Source: Magallana gigas
Lineage: Eukaryota
DNA: 64,000 bases
Assembly: GCF_963853765.1 (NCBI RefSeq)
Contig: NC_088854.1
Coordinates: forward strand, 38,812,001 to 38,876,000
Direction: 5' to 3'
In this document: in pieces, positions 38,753 through 52,952 of the stretch
Layout: each line of letters opens with the position of its first letter
Numbering within the stretch: the stretch's first letter is position 1
The notes under the pieces: model-generated
Databases searched by the model: none
Told to the model about the DNA's origin: nothing
The model's input: only the letters and a program-made list of their open reading frames with translations
Translations under genes and position numbers: made by a program

Positions 38753-38760
38753 TATATAAA
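38753..38760 (+). promoter_or_regulatory. TATA box of copy C
   Basis: ATATATAAA in an approximately 250-bp promoter block homologous to that of copy B. Confidence 0.6.
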
Positions 38761-40409
38761 GACAATATTTTGACCAGAAATTAAAAACCTAACTGAATCT
38801 ACAAGAATGGGGACTCGTAATTTGCCATTACTAGCATTGAGCAGCTTTCTTGGTAAGTCCAGCCATTTTTGTGGAAAAAGAACCACAGAGTTAGAAATTT
38901 GTTATAATTTAATTCTGGTTGGAACGCGGCATTTGATTGGTTAGAAAAATTAAGTTAGATTTGTATAACATATAACTTGGGTAGACATTGAGTACATTTC
39001 TTACATAGATGACAGATAATACTTAATATGCGTTAGCCAAATCTCAAAATAATCAATTCTTTTATAGCATAAGGGTAAGGAAAGATGTCTTACGGGTGTA
39101 TGATAATTATGTATTTATACCTTGTTATTAAAAAACTATACATTTGCATATCTAACGTTTGTAAGTAGCTTCTCAATTTTCATACAAGCATGTAGCATCG
39201 GGGGGGGGGGGGTCTAAAAATAGAATTATCATGGCGTTGCCCCCCCCCCCCCCACCCACAAGCGAATTTGGATACAAAATCAAATCGATTTGGATACAAT
39301 TCAACAAATGCGGAGGAAACAAATCAGAAATTTTCCTTTTCTTCAAACCCTCAACCTATAAAGGCCTGGGTGTTTTTTGGACATCTAATGCTTTTTAGTC
39401 ATGATTATCATATATTTTACAAACTATTGTTTTATCTACCAATGCTAATTTATGTACTGTATATCCCACCTGATGTTGCAGTAGTTGCAGTTTGTGCTCA
39501 CGATCCTTGCGCACAAGGTAACCATCAATCGATTAACGAACCTCACCGGAGCACCCTGTTCCAACCCGAACCGATGGATCGCCTTCTCTGTGACAACGGA
39601 TTAACATCCGGATGGTACGTGTTCGACAATAATAACGAGATGCCGACGTCATGTGTGACCCAGTTTCACTGTGGGACCCACTACCCACTGTGGATGCAAG
39701 GCACAAACCCCTCCCCGGCTGATGGAGTTGTCCATAGAAAGGCTTGTTCGAATATCCATGGTTCAACTTGTTGCGACTTCTCACTGGATATCCAGGTGAA
39801 AAACTGTGGCACTTTTTACGTCTATTACCTTCACCCAGTTCCGGGATGTCCAATGGTTACTGCGCCGGTATGTAATCTCTTATGTTAATTATATTTTTAT
39901 CCCAGATTACTTTTTCCACCACTTTTTGTTGTGCTCTTGATAAAGACAAACAACTTCTCAGTGAAAAAAACGATTGAAATCAATGTATCGCAAAAAAATG
40001 TTCGATTCTCTCTTTCCCACATTTCAAGTTTGTACCCGCGGAAATGTTCATAGTGTTTTTTACTAATTAACAATTTTTAATTGTCAATGTGCCCATGACT
40101 CATTAGTCATGGAATCATTGACAATTAAAAATTGTTAATTAGTAAAAGACAATAGGAACAACAAAACGTTCCTAACGGGAATTGAAAACATCGGTTATTT
40201 GAATGTTACTGAAAATGTTATATCTTTTCCCCAACCGTAAATTCTTCGTAACTCCTTGCACAGTTTTTCAACACTATCACCGGAGACTTTTTAGTGCAAC
40301 GCAAACTGGTCTTCTGTTTTATTCTTGCTAATGAATGTATTTTGGGCACAACGCACTATTGATTATCGAAATACTTGTATTAAACAAAAAGTGACAGAAG
40401 CAGAAACTT

Positions 40410-40410
<1 letters not shown>

Positions 40411-40459
<49 letters not shown>
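40411..40459. repeat. (GA)n microsatellite
   Basis: Pure GA run. Confidence 0.95.
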
Positions 40460-40463
<4 letters not shown>

Positions 40464-40972
40464 TTCTCAATTGACTGTTGACTTACTTAAGGTCCTTTCT
40501 ATTGGGTTTTTTTTTTCAGGAAACAAAACAGTTTGCAACGTCGGAGGTCAAATAGCTGTGGATGGAAACTGCCCTGGTATAATATTTACTCTTTATAATT
40601 CATTCATAAATCGATCAAACGGTATGGACTTTTTAAAAAAGTATTCTACATTATTAGATCTCTACCCAAAGTTGACACGTATGCCGGTTTTGCAAAAGCC
40701 AGAGGTCACTCCAACCAAGGAAGTTCGATTTCCGTGTAGAATCGACTACCCTATTGGCCAACCCGATGTTGGATTTATTGTCACGTGGACAGTTGATGGC
40801 CACGAACTTATCGATCCAACAACAAAAACCCCTGTAAAAATGGTATTGGTAGGAGACGCCAGAATTGCGTATCTAGACGCAATGAAGCTTAAATATAACC
40901 TTGGGAAAGAGGTAAAATTCAATTTTTGAAGATTGATGTTACTTTTTATTGCTATGGTAAATAAATCTTCTA

Positions 40973-41419
40973 TAGTCTGTCCCAAGATATTTAAGCAGCA
41001 TATTTTTACGATTTTTGATAAAAATATACATACCCGTGAAAAAAGTTCAATTGAAATAGACGAAAGGGAAAATTTCGAATATAATTTCATTCACACATTC
41101 ACATCATGATAATTCACTCGGAAAGGTTCTCAGGAACGAAAACAGATTTCTTTCGGAGATTTATAATGGATATGTTTACATCTTTTCTCCATTCGGAAGT
41201 CACTCGAATTACCTAGCTCAACTTTTCAACGTTATCAGCTGGGTCTGTTGCTATGCAACATTTCTGTAAACATCACATTTTTAGCCATGTATTGAAACAT
41301 GGAAAGCTAGAGGGGGCGTTTCAAAGAGGAAATCTTAGAAAATCTTCATACTTTAAAATAAACTTCGTTTAACACGAGGTATTTATAAATACAAGTATAA
41401 AATATCTTGGGACAGAGTA
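40973..41419 (+). mobile_element. Family-1 MITE, full length, TA TSD
   Basis: TA|tagtctgtcccaagatatt...aatatcttgggacagagta|TA; absent from the homologous 110-bp intron 4 of copy A. Confidence 0.88.
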
Positions 41420-41774
41420 TAAATCTTGTAAGTTCTAAAACTGCTCAATTACATGATGATTACAGCTTAAGTGCAATGTATCCACATACCATCCATCAAA
41501 AGGCCCAGGCATTAGCAGTGACACTCTAAGCAGTAATGGTTACTGGTGTGGGATTAAGGTAAGACGATTTTGTATCACAATTTTATCACTGATGTATCAA
41601 TTTCGTATCGCTATTGTATCACTGTTGATGCATCACTGTTTAGTGTTCTTATCGCTGTTGTACCTCTGTTCAGTGTGTTATTGTTGTATCACTACTCTAC
41701 CATTGTAGTATCACTGTTCTATCGATATTGTATTAGCATTGTTTCGCCTTTTATCACTGTTTTACGCCACATTA

Positions 41775-42652
41775 TCTATACTACTATATTAAAATAATAG
41801 ACTCGAATTTTTGGCCTTTAATACCGATAAATCGGAAGAGAACTGACTTTTTTTATATATATACATGAATATTTTAAACATCATTAGTACTTGAAGATTA
41901 CCAATTTGTTTTTATTTATTTTTTTCAATCAAGCTTCGCTAATCAATAAACATTCGTCAAAAATTCCGGAAATCATCTGGATTTTTAGGATTTTACGATC
42001 TTGTGCATGCGCGTTTCATTCACACTAAATCACAGGAGGCTCTTTAGTTAATGTTTTCACAGTATCACATTTGCATGGATAATCTCAGAAACGATTATAC
42101 AAAGATGTGTAAATTTTCATTGGAAATTTACTATATATATTCTGTGCATCAAAGAAAATAAGTGATATAACTCTTACACAGTGCATTTACTATGAAAAAA
42201 TCCCGAGAGTTCCGAATGTCAACATGGTGTGTAAATTCGAAGCGAGTGAAAAACGTTGGTGAGAAGTGTTGAATTTTTCAATGATAAGAATTAAATACTT
42301 AATTATGATAGGTATTTACAGCCTCAAAATGGTGGTTATGAATAATTTGACTGTTATTTTCAATGCAACTTCATTACTTTTCTCCAAAATCGTTTTGGAA
42401 CGATTCTGCAATTTTGTGTTACATTACGGGTATATGGGAGGCATTTTAACCGTGGTGAAGGTATGTCCCGATACACATTTAGATTATTCTTACTACTCGT
42501 AAGCAGAGTGTAGAGAAGTTGATAGCAATATTGTAGGCTAAAAGCTTGGTTATGTAAATTTCAACTATACGGTGTGTCGATGTATCATCTATTTCGTTAG
42601 TGTCCGATATCATATGCAATGTAAACTCGTGCACGCACGGGTAAAAGTCTAG
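41775..42652 (+). mobile_element. Non-autonomous Helitron (878 bp)
   Basis: 5' TC (tctatactactatattaaaa), 3' hairpin actcgtgc-ac-gcacgggt then CTAG; inserted between A and T with no TSD, about 35 nt upstream of the exon-6 acceptor of copy C. Confidence 0.85.
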
Positions 42653-44442
42653 TCAATAAAATCATGGCACAAGCGTATGTTTCCAGGTATCACAAGACAG
42701 AATAAACGTGGATGAAGGAGGCCCGGAGAAGACGGTGAAAGTCGAGTCCACCATACCCATTCCTTGTACTAGTGTTTTTCAAGACGATTGTAAACTGACT
42801 GTGGTCCTAAAAGGGCTTAAAAATCCGGCGGGTAAGACCATACAATGCCTTGTTTTATCATAACATTTAAAATATGTTTTGCACAACCTTTTTTTGTCTA
42901 GTCATCACATTCTTGTCACGTGTCAAAGTATAATTGTTTTAATAAAGATGGTAGAAGAAGAATATTTGCGTTGGAGATTTTTTTGTTTGCAAAAAAATTG
43001 TTCGAAAAAATACGTAATGTATAGTGAATAAATCTTTATACGCAAGAAAACTTTGATAACTCGCTTAAGTAAATATTGAAGTCGCAACATTTCACACGGC
43101 TAAAACATTGACTAATTCTTTGAAAGATGAAAACAACAGATATACGACGAACTCAACAAAACTTTCTATACTATTCTCAAATGAACAATTACTGCTACAT
43201 GTACATTACCGTTAACAGTTCTTGTCTGTTTTTATAGTGTAACTATTTTAGTTGTCTTCGTTCACCTGTCTGTTTTATAAAGATGCCGTTATGTCGGGTT
43301 GTCACCTTGATCTGAAATTGAACAACGTTACCGGGATGTATTCAACCTATTTAACAGTCAAAGCAACAAGGGATTTCGTCAAAGACAACAACCACACACA
43401 CCAACTAGGATTCCAACCCTTACCCGGTTTTCCACACGCCATGTGGGAGAATTACACAATTTCGCCAATAACAGTACGTACAATGTAGATACTATAATCA
43501 TTTAATATTTATTAGTTTGATAAGATATCGGCGCTTCTGATTGGTCAAAAATTTCTTTGATACCTGCATCAATAAAATTTTGGTCGGGTCTACTTTTCTC
43601 ATCTGATCTGTTCTTATTTAACAGTATTTATAGAACGGAAATTTCCAAAATAAACACTGTAAACAAAGTGTAAAGTTGTGTCTGTTTAATTGTCAGCAAA
43701 CAAAATACAACTTTATACATATAGAAAATTAAAATTTTAACCTACGAATATAAAAAATACATACATTTAATTCACTAAATAGAAAATTAAGCGTCTTCCA
43801 CTATTTCGTCTGCTTGAGATTAATCAACATTTACTGCGAGGCTGGCTGTTCCTTTTCCAGTAATAATTTTAACGAACATATAGGCCTATACACTTTCACG
43901 GTAACACTGCTGTTCAAATTTGAAATGATGATTTTTAAATATACACACGTACATCACCCCTGCGAATGTGTTCGGAATGTTATCTTTATTGTTGCTAAGA
44001 CTGTAATAAATCCAGAGGTGCTCAAATGAAAGTTCACCAGACTTTCCCGAGATTTGTTCAGTTCCTGTGAAATTTCGAGCGGAAGTATAAGTGTTCGGAA
44101 AATATTCTTAAAATACTTATTATAAGTACTGGTCGTTTTTCATATCATATCCTACTTTGATTTATGTTAAAAATGAAAATCTATGAAGATATATGTCTTA
44201 TTTTATCATCTAGTGCTTATTTAAATTAAACGATGATATTCAGAACAGAGTTATCGTTCGTGTTCAACTACTCAACACGTGGTTGAAAATGTAAACATTG
44301 GGTTACTTAATAAAATCATAGCCATGTTTGATACTTTTGGTGTGCAATACCATGCATTTTAAAAATTGAACGGGTGTCTGTTTTGTATAGAAACTTAGTA
44401 TATCGAGCCATCTTCAAAAAACATTCTGCATAAAACAGTATA

Positions 44443-44907
44443 TAGTCTGTCCCAAGATATTTATGCAGCACATTTGGACAATTTTTACTAAAAATACACA
44501 TACCTGTGAAAGAAGTGCAATTGAAATAGTTGAAAGGGATATTTTCCAAGATAATTTCATTGACACATTATCATCTTTCACTCGAAAAAAGTCACAGGAA
44601 CGAAAACAGATTCCTTACGGAGATTTATAATGGGGAATGTTTGCATCTTTTCTCCATTCGGAATACACTCAGAATACATCGCGTAATTTTTCAACGTTAC
44701 CATCCGGGCCTGCTGCAATACAAAATACCCGTAGACATCACATTTTTTAGCATTGTATTGAAACCTGATAAGCTAACAGGGGCGTTTCGACTGAGAAATT
44801 TTGGAAACTTTTCATACTTTTGAATGAACATCGTTTGAACCCTGAGGTATTTATAAATATCAAGCAATTAAGCCAAATGTGAATCCAGGATATCTTGGGA
44901 CAGAGTA
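44443..44907 (+). mobile_element. Family-1 MITE, full length, TA TSD
   Basis: TA|tagtctgtcccaagatat...atatcttgggacagagta|TA. Confidence 0.88.
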
Positions 44908-47900
44908 TAGTCTGTTTCACTATTGATGCTATTACTACATGTAGGTCAGGCGCGGATCAAAAAAATAATCCTTAGGGGTGATCGCCACTAAGCATGTTAA
45001 TTGTTGTAACAGCGGGGAAAAACTGATGTTTTCTATTTCTAGAACTCATGTTATCCACCAATTAATAAAGATAAAGTTTAAAACCAATAAACATCTAGGT
45101 TTTATATTTGACTGCAAGTGCCTAACATTTTAGAAAATAGACTATAAACACCAGGCACGTTTTTTACTACGAAACTAAAAGGTTAAAAATAAAATCACGT
45201 AGTCTTAATTTAAATGACAATAATATTCGCAGGGGTGTACATGATCGGTCATCAGAATAAGCATCGTAAAACAAAGCTGAGCAGTGCATCAACTCCTTCA
45301 GCGCATTCCAAGCGGCAGATATACCATTCGAGTACATTGCTGGCTATCTAGTTACCACAACGTTTTCAAAAGTCGCTTATACATACTATTCTTTGTCGAC
45401 ATATCAACTATTTTCGTCCACGATCGCCTCTCCTTGCATGGGTATGCCCGGTTGCCCAGAAAACCAGTTTTAACTAATATGTCTGCACAGTGAATAATAT
45501 CACAAAATATCGCATGTATTTTCCTTTCGTTTTCAATTCAGCATTATTTACAGATTTTAACTCACTACTGTGTTTAATCCATTAGATTCAGCTCAATAGC
45601 TCTGCATCAGCTGAAGGCGCATCCATTTTGAATACTGTTGCTGTCATACGCGCCGCTTCATTTACATTATTTACATTTTTCATCAATGACACTTCACAAT
45701 TTATGATTCGAAAATGTTTTATTAAATTATAAGAAATGAAGATAAATAGCTCATTGATGAAAAAGTTTTCCGGTCAATTTTTTCTTTGATACGTCGATCA
45801 ATAGAAAAATTATTATCTTCATTTCTTAATTCATCTCAAAATCCGATGTTGCAAATGTATATGATTATGAGTTCTGATTTTATTTACATTATGTAATAAC
45901 AGGTTGAGCACAGTTCTCTTATAAAGAAATGATTACGCTAAACGTGAACTTTACCTCTTTTCAGTAGGCTCATAAAAATATTCCTGCAAATTCGGAATTT
46001 TGATATGTTTTCATTCACATCTTGTTATCTTTAACATATTTTTGAAATATCAAACACCCACTTACTAAATGTATGCTTCAAATTTTGATATTTACAGCTG
46101 TATTTCAGTGAAATCCAGTAACAACTTAAATCTATTCAAGAGATTTCTTACGATAGCCTCTTCAATATAATAACGTACGTTATAGTTATATTAAAATTTT
46201 AATATGATATTAAAATCAGAGATTTCTAAACCAAACTATACCAATCTGGTTATAAATTCATTTATCAGTTGCTCTGAGAACATAAGTTCTCAGGTTCATA
46301 AACAAAATATTAATCCCATTGACATTAGTCTTTAATATCTACTTTACTTAATCTCCCTACAAATGAATATATTGGTAGACAATAGAAGTTTGAAACTAAT
46401 GTAACAGCTATATGTGTAAATGCTGATGTTTCTGGTATATCATTACCAACTCTGTTGTATCGAAAAAGTCATGCCTGTATAAATGAAAATGTAAAAAAAA
46501 AAATAGCTAAGACCTCGAAGAGTACGGTTGGGAAACTTAAAACAATCCAAAAGATGTGAGCTTTTCAACCAAATTAAACCAAACCGGAAAGGTTGTGATA
46601 TTTAGCAAAAGTCAACATCTTGGTTGGCAACCTGGGATCAAGGGCAATGCATTGTTCTTAAAAATTTGAAAGTTAAGTGGAAATCAGTCACCCTGACGGC
46701 AAGACAATTAAATACATGTATGCTTATTTCATACTGGAAATACATTACACTAGGTGAACACTAAGAAGTTTTCTTGAGTGTACATAAAGAAAATTCCGCA
46801 TCTGCGGGAGTGTTTTATTACTGAAAAGTGGATTGGTTCCCGTTTAGCGTAATCATTCCTCTACAAACAAAGTAACTGTGCCCAACCTGTAATATGAAGT
46901 AAGGAGATCAGTACACTGTATCACTGAAAGCTGTAACGAATTCATACCTTAGATTATAACAACAGATAAAGAACATGGCAGCTGTAACCCATGGGGAGAT
47001 CCTCACTTTACAGGCTTCGATTTGAAAAAGTAAGTATTGTATTCTATGATGTCATCATACTTGCATAGTAGGAACTGAGGAATTATCATATATACTATGA
47101 ATAAATATATAAAATCAAATGGTGAGAAAAAATAAAGTATGTCCTTTAATTTTGATGACACTTGAAAAAAATCTGAAAATTTCTAAAAATAATTTTTCAA
47201 AAATTAAGAATTTCTGTGTGATTTTTTTTACGCAACTTTTACGCAACATAACAAAGCTTTTGTGGTATATAATAAAAATTTAGATATATTTTTACAAGTT
47301 CCAACTAAAACAATTGCACAAAAAATCAAAAGCGGGAATTAAAGCTTTTTAAAATCAGCTTTAATTTCTCAGCTTTTCCTATTTTTTTTGGCCTTGTTGC
47401 CATAGCAACGGATGTCAATTTTCATAATAAAGTTCATATAGCATGGACATTGATATTGATGTAAAAAATTTAACAGTTTCCCATTTTGGCTTATTAAAAA
47501 ACCGCAAAAAACTGATTTCGAAAATTTGTAACGGTTTCCATGGTAACATTTTAAAAGTATTGGTTTCTCCATCAGTTTTCTGATAAAATTAGATAATTGA
47601 AAATAGGACAAAGGCTGTTTTATGTCTTTGATTGTTAACATTAGTGGACAAAACCTTCTAATGTGGCTTCAAAGTAGGTAAGTTTTGCTATTTTTTCATC
47701 TTTAGGTCGATTACTATGGCAACGGTTACCCTTAGCAACCTACTTTTAGTGTTTTTTTGCGTTTTACACCTAGGTGTGTCCATGTATGAAATATAAGGAA
47801 AATTGTTGATTATGCGTGGCCAGACCCTTCGTATAAATTTTTGATTCTTACATAAAATCTTTAAAAGGACCAATAAAAACCATTTTAACAATTCTTTTTT

Positions 47901-49126
47901 TAACGTATTACATTTTTCTTACAGAAATTACAATGTCTATGAAATAGGAGACTTTATTCTCTACAAGTCTCTAAACCAAAAGAGACCATTTGAGGTAACT
48001 CTCGATATAACATACTGATATTATTTTTTACACTTTTCTCTTTCTTTTTGTTAATAAGCAAATAATGAATGTTGCAATGTATAAATTTAACAGGTTCAAG
48101 TTCGTACGGGGCCATGTGGAGGCGTTCAGCCGTGTATCTGTGCAGTCATTGCACGCGAAGGAAATGACGTAGTGGAGGTTGATCTGTGCGAAAAAAGACC
48201 TGGCGTTGTAGAGGCTCCTTCTGTTTCGTTTCCAACCGGGCATCCATTGGAGGGAACTACTGTTAGCCGGGATAACAAAGCTGGGAAAATATTCTACGTA
48301 TGCCATGTTTTTTTTATTATTATTAGAAATTATTTTAAACAAATATTTATCAAATTCAGATACAGTCATATATCTTCAATAGAGTGGTTATCATTGCAGC
48401 AATCTTCAATAGAGTGGTTTTCATTGCAGCAATTCTTATTTCTTTTTGCGAGGAATCAAAATCATCGTAAAAAATACATGTACAATGTACATGTATTCCG
48501 TTTTTAATTATAAAAGGAACGTCACGTATGTTGATATTTGCGTTTGGCACTTTTACCTCATTAGGCGTAAACTATTTTTAGATCAACTTTCCCTCTGGAA
48601 CTAGAATTCAAGTTAAAACTGGAATAGCACACATGGACTTGGATGTCCAAGCCCCACCGGATGACTTTAAGGCAGCTGAGGGACTATGTGGAAACTGGAA
48701 TGGTGTTGAGGGGGGTGCCCTGAGGGGCGGGGATGGCCACCTTTACACACTGACCACCGTGACTAACTTCACCAAGAGTTGGCAGTATGGGTTTTTTGCA
48801 TAAACAATTTCAAGAATTTTTTTATTTATCTGGGTTTTTTTTCACATCTCTGCTCTAAATAATAGTATTATTGGGTTGTAAAGCTATTTTTGTCACAGAC
48901 TTCCAACGGGCACCAGTATGTTTTACCAACTGCCGAAATACGAACAACATTTAGCGCCAAAATTTGAATACTGTTCCTGTAATCAGGGTCCAGTTCAGTG
49001 CACAAAAGCTGGAAACGGTGCCCTCAATCCAAACAAAGTGAGGAAATGTGTTACACTATTTATTTTATGGTCTTACACAAAGGGATTAATAATAGATTCA
49101 TAGTAATAAAGACCGAGTATATGGTC

Positions 49127-49756
49127 TTAAGGACGTTGGATCCTGCGATCAAAAGTCTCTAAGTTTTTTTCTTAAGTATTTTTTAAATATCTACACACAT
49201 ATATAAACCAAAATTCAAAACAAAATTTTGGGATCTATATGCTCCTTTCGGTGCTACGGTGTATTTAATATGACCTTTCTGCACTGAGAATGCAAATTGC
49301 ACATAAATCGCTTTTCCCTCTATATTTTTTTCTCGAAATGAACCCTGGTATCAAATACAAATTTACATTATTTAGAATTAATAAAATTAAAATTATCATA
49401 ATGAAAAAGTTTGCAATTTTTTCACCTTATTGATATTTTGACCTTTATGCACTAAAAAAATACTATTTTTATTCATAAACGATTCAACATGCAATTAAAT
49501 AATTTAAAAGTCTCAAACTTTTTCTCAAATTATGACAGACTTGTCAAAAGAAACTTAAATATTCAGAAAATAAAACCAAAAGTATGGGTCTATAATGTAA
49601 ATTTTGAGATATGGCATGAAATAAGCTAATTTTAGGGGAAAATTGGAGTTGATTTTTTCTTTACTTTTATGAAATATCACATAAACATGCCAATATATGT
49701 CGATAGAAATATTAAAATATTGTTGAAATATGTTCTTTGAAACAATACGAAGATAT
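49127..49756. mobile_element. One-ended TTAA-GG transposon-like insert at the copy C deletion junction
   Basis: Begins ttaa|ggacgttggatcc; AT-rich noncoding body; no matching inverted end seen; abuts the middle of exon 15 (ggagattgttcc). Kolobok-like end is an inference. Confidence 0.5.
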
Positions 49757-51064
49757 GGAGATTGTTCCGTTCAAATTGGAGTTGCACCTAAGATATATCG
49801 TTTAAGAGGGTAAGCAAACATCCAAGAAGTCGGTCCTTAAATTGTGAAACAGTTCATTTTTTGATCTCGCTCTAAAGTTTATATGAAAAAGTCAGACTAA
49901 GTCAAAGGTAAAGTAGTCAACCCTAACTAGTAAAAGTGCCCATAAAGCCATTTCATGTAGCGTTTGGCGATACTATATAGCAATATTGTATTCAAATTGT
50001 TATGGTAATAAACGTTTAGATATAAGGTATTTTCTCCTATCATACCGGTATATTAGTAGGTATTTCATATCAGTTTTTGTTATTTCATGCCAATATTTTT
50101 TTTTACATATTTATATAGTCCGACCTTCATCGTTTCAGAGACGGATTCTGTGACATCAGAACTAGGCCCTGCAGACAAGCTAACGTCATCGTTGATAATA
50201 TCATGGAATCGGACGCTTTATCATGTAGAATCACTCCAATGAATGTATGAATGAACATTTCTACAATTTTGTTGTTTTCTCACTCAAGCTAAGGCTCACG
50301 ACCCAATGATTTATTAATCCAGTATTATATACTTGTATTCTTTTCCATGATTTAATATTAGGTATCAAATGGCGAACCGGTGGAATCAGGCCCAGCGGTG
50401 AACACTAAAGGGGAATTTCTTAGCTTTTTAGAGGTGCAGTGCCCAATTCCAGAAAGCAACGTTATGAAAGGTAGATACTTAAAAATAGCACTTATTAAAT
50501 ACATTTTTCTTGAAATTATCAATACTGGATTAACTGAAATTTTGAATTCATTATTTTTTAGGACCGAGTGCCAAGGGTTTTAAAATCTCCATAACCTCAG
50601 ATGGTCAACTTTACAGTCAGGAGGCGTTGTTTATTGTCGCTGATGGTTACTGTACCAAGTGTTCAGCTGATGGAGTCTGTACTGACAACGTTAGTAGTCT
50701 AAAGTGTTAGAAAACGCATTAGCATGTAGTAATACCATCAAAAACAGTCGATGGAAGTAATTGTTTATTATTATGAATGAAAATTACTGTTCTCATTTTT
50801 GGGAGTTGATTTTAATCAACTCTCCTATGCAATTACTCTGGCAAACCGAAAGCGAAACAGTGTTTGGACCTAAGCACAAATCACCACCGCTGACAAGACT
50901 TAGTTTTTGAAAATAATAGAAGATTTCGATGAAATGTATGCTGAAGCATTGTTTTTCAAGGAAACTTATCTATAAACACTTTGAAAATAGTCAGATTTTA
51001 TATAATATGAACAAGTTAGATATTTTTGTAGTCTCATGTACTCCTACGCATGAGTTTGATATAG

Positions 51065-51172
51065 TCTCGTTCAACCAAACGTTCGGCTGTCTCCGTAAAT
51101 CTCCGACAAGCAAAGAGGCTCTCTTGCTTGTCGGAGATTAACGGAGACAGCGAACGTCTGGTTGAACAAGAC
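51065..51172. repeat. Hairpin with about 50-bp arms inside an intron-18 insertion of copy C
   Basis: ...gctgtctccgtaaatctccgacaagcaa-agaggctct-cttgcttgtcggagattaacggagacagc... Confidence 0.75.
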
Positions 51173-52189
51173 AAGAGTTCGATTACAATAGTGCTTGGAT
51201 CCATACAATCTTTAGAATTGTTTCGATTACTGATATATAGTTTAAAATCCATCTTTAAATATTACACAACATGATTCCTATGGGGTTTCTCGAAATTCTT
51301 GTCTGAGAAGTCTAAAAATCCATATTATAAAAAGTGCGTAATTCAAATACAGACTAGAAACTAATTGCCATGCAAGATAAGTTGATTTTAATATAAATGA
51401 TAATCGATAAAATCAACTCCCGTCAGTACTTCAGTACTTTGATTTTCTAGAAACTTTTGAAGAAAAAGTCTATTTTATATTTTAGAATTCGTTGTTTTTT
51501 TAATTATAAAATATCATAGATATTAATGAGGTCAGATTTCCTAGATTTGAGATTTCAATTTGATTATTTTTCATAAGCCCAACACCTGTGTCATTGACGG
51601 CATGTGTTACCGGAATGGTGACCAGAATAACGAAGGACAGGTGTGCGATCCTGCTGTCTCTACTGTTAACTGGACATCTATCAAAACAGTGCAAGGTTAG
51701 ATTTTCAATATACATTTATCTTTATTCCATTTAAAAAAAACTTGCTCTGGGATTTGCCAAATTAAACATAAACGTTCCCTTATTAAATCTAGACCAAATA
51801 CTATACAACACAAATTGATATATATTTATATCATTAAAAAAACTTGCGTAAATATCAGGTACTAGTCTATATCGTTTTTTTTATTGTATCAATTGTTTAC
51901 TTACTGTTATTTCACTAAAAAGAGTTTTGCACTTAAAGCACATATGATATGCGCAATGACCTTGTATTTCTATTTACATGTATTTATTTATTCACTTATA
52001 CATTCATTCCTTCATTTATTTATTCCTTCATTTATTTATTTACTTTCATATATTAACGTTTCTGTAATTGATCAACTTCCAGGAAAACGTCCAAGATCGC
52101 TGTGTAAGTGCAAGTTTACAAAAGTAAAAACAAATACTAATAAGTATTATTATAAAACACAACTCCATGAAAATGCTCAAGGACATCGT

Positions 52190-52470
52190 TATTAGTCCCC
52201 TACCGGTTTTCACCTGAGGGGACTATAGCTTTCCTCTGCGTCCGTCCGTCTGTCTGTCCCACTTCAGTTTTCCACACTTTTTTTCTTTATGCGTTTGAGG
52301 AATAATATGAAATTTGCTGAACAGCTTCAAAATGTCAAGCTACAGATCAAATTTACACTTTTGTAGCGTCTGGTTGACATATTTTCGAGAAAATTAATTT
52401 TTTTATTCCAATTTTTTAATGTTCGGGTTCGTTATCGGGTTTGGTGTATTGGATAAAGGAGGAAAGTATG
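52190..52470 (-). mobile_element. Helentron-like terminal fragment
   Basis: tagtcccctaccgg...aggggactatag hairpin followed by a tccgtccgtctgtctgtc microsatellite. Confidence 0.5.
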
Positions 52471-52476
52471 TAGTTA

Positions 52477-52952
52477 AAGTTTGTCCCAAGTTATTGCTTC
52501 CATCGCTTTTTGATGATTTTTAATAAAATTACACATACATGTGAAAGAAATACGGTTGAAATCGTTAAAAGGGAATATATCCAAGATATCTTCATTGAAC
52601 AATTATCCCTTTCCACTCAGAAAAATTAACAGGAACGAAAACAGATTCCTTACGGAGATTTATAATGGGGAATGTTTACATCTTTTCTCCATTCGGAATA
52701 CACTCGGAATACATCGCGCAATTTTTTAACGTTATCATCCGGGCTTATTAATGGCTGTTGCAATGCAAAATCTCCGTAGACTTTCAATTTCGGGATGTGT
52801 ATTGAAACCTGAAGCTGTAGAGGGGGCATTTCAAAACAGATAATCTGGACATTTTTTATATCAGTGGATGAACGTAGTTTGAGCACAAAGGTATTTACTA
52901 TTATTGAAATATCATGCAAAAAGTGGTGGAAGCAAAAACTCGGGACAGAGTA
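52477..52952 (+). mobile_element. Family-1 MITE
   Basis: Ends ...ttgtcccaagttattgcttc / aaaaactcgggacagagta|TA; reverse complement of 6410-6884. Confidence 0.85.
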
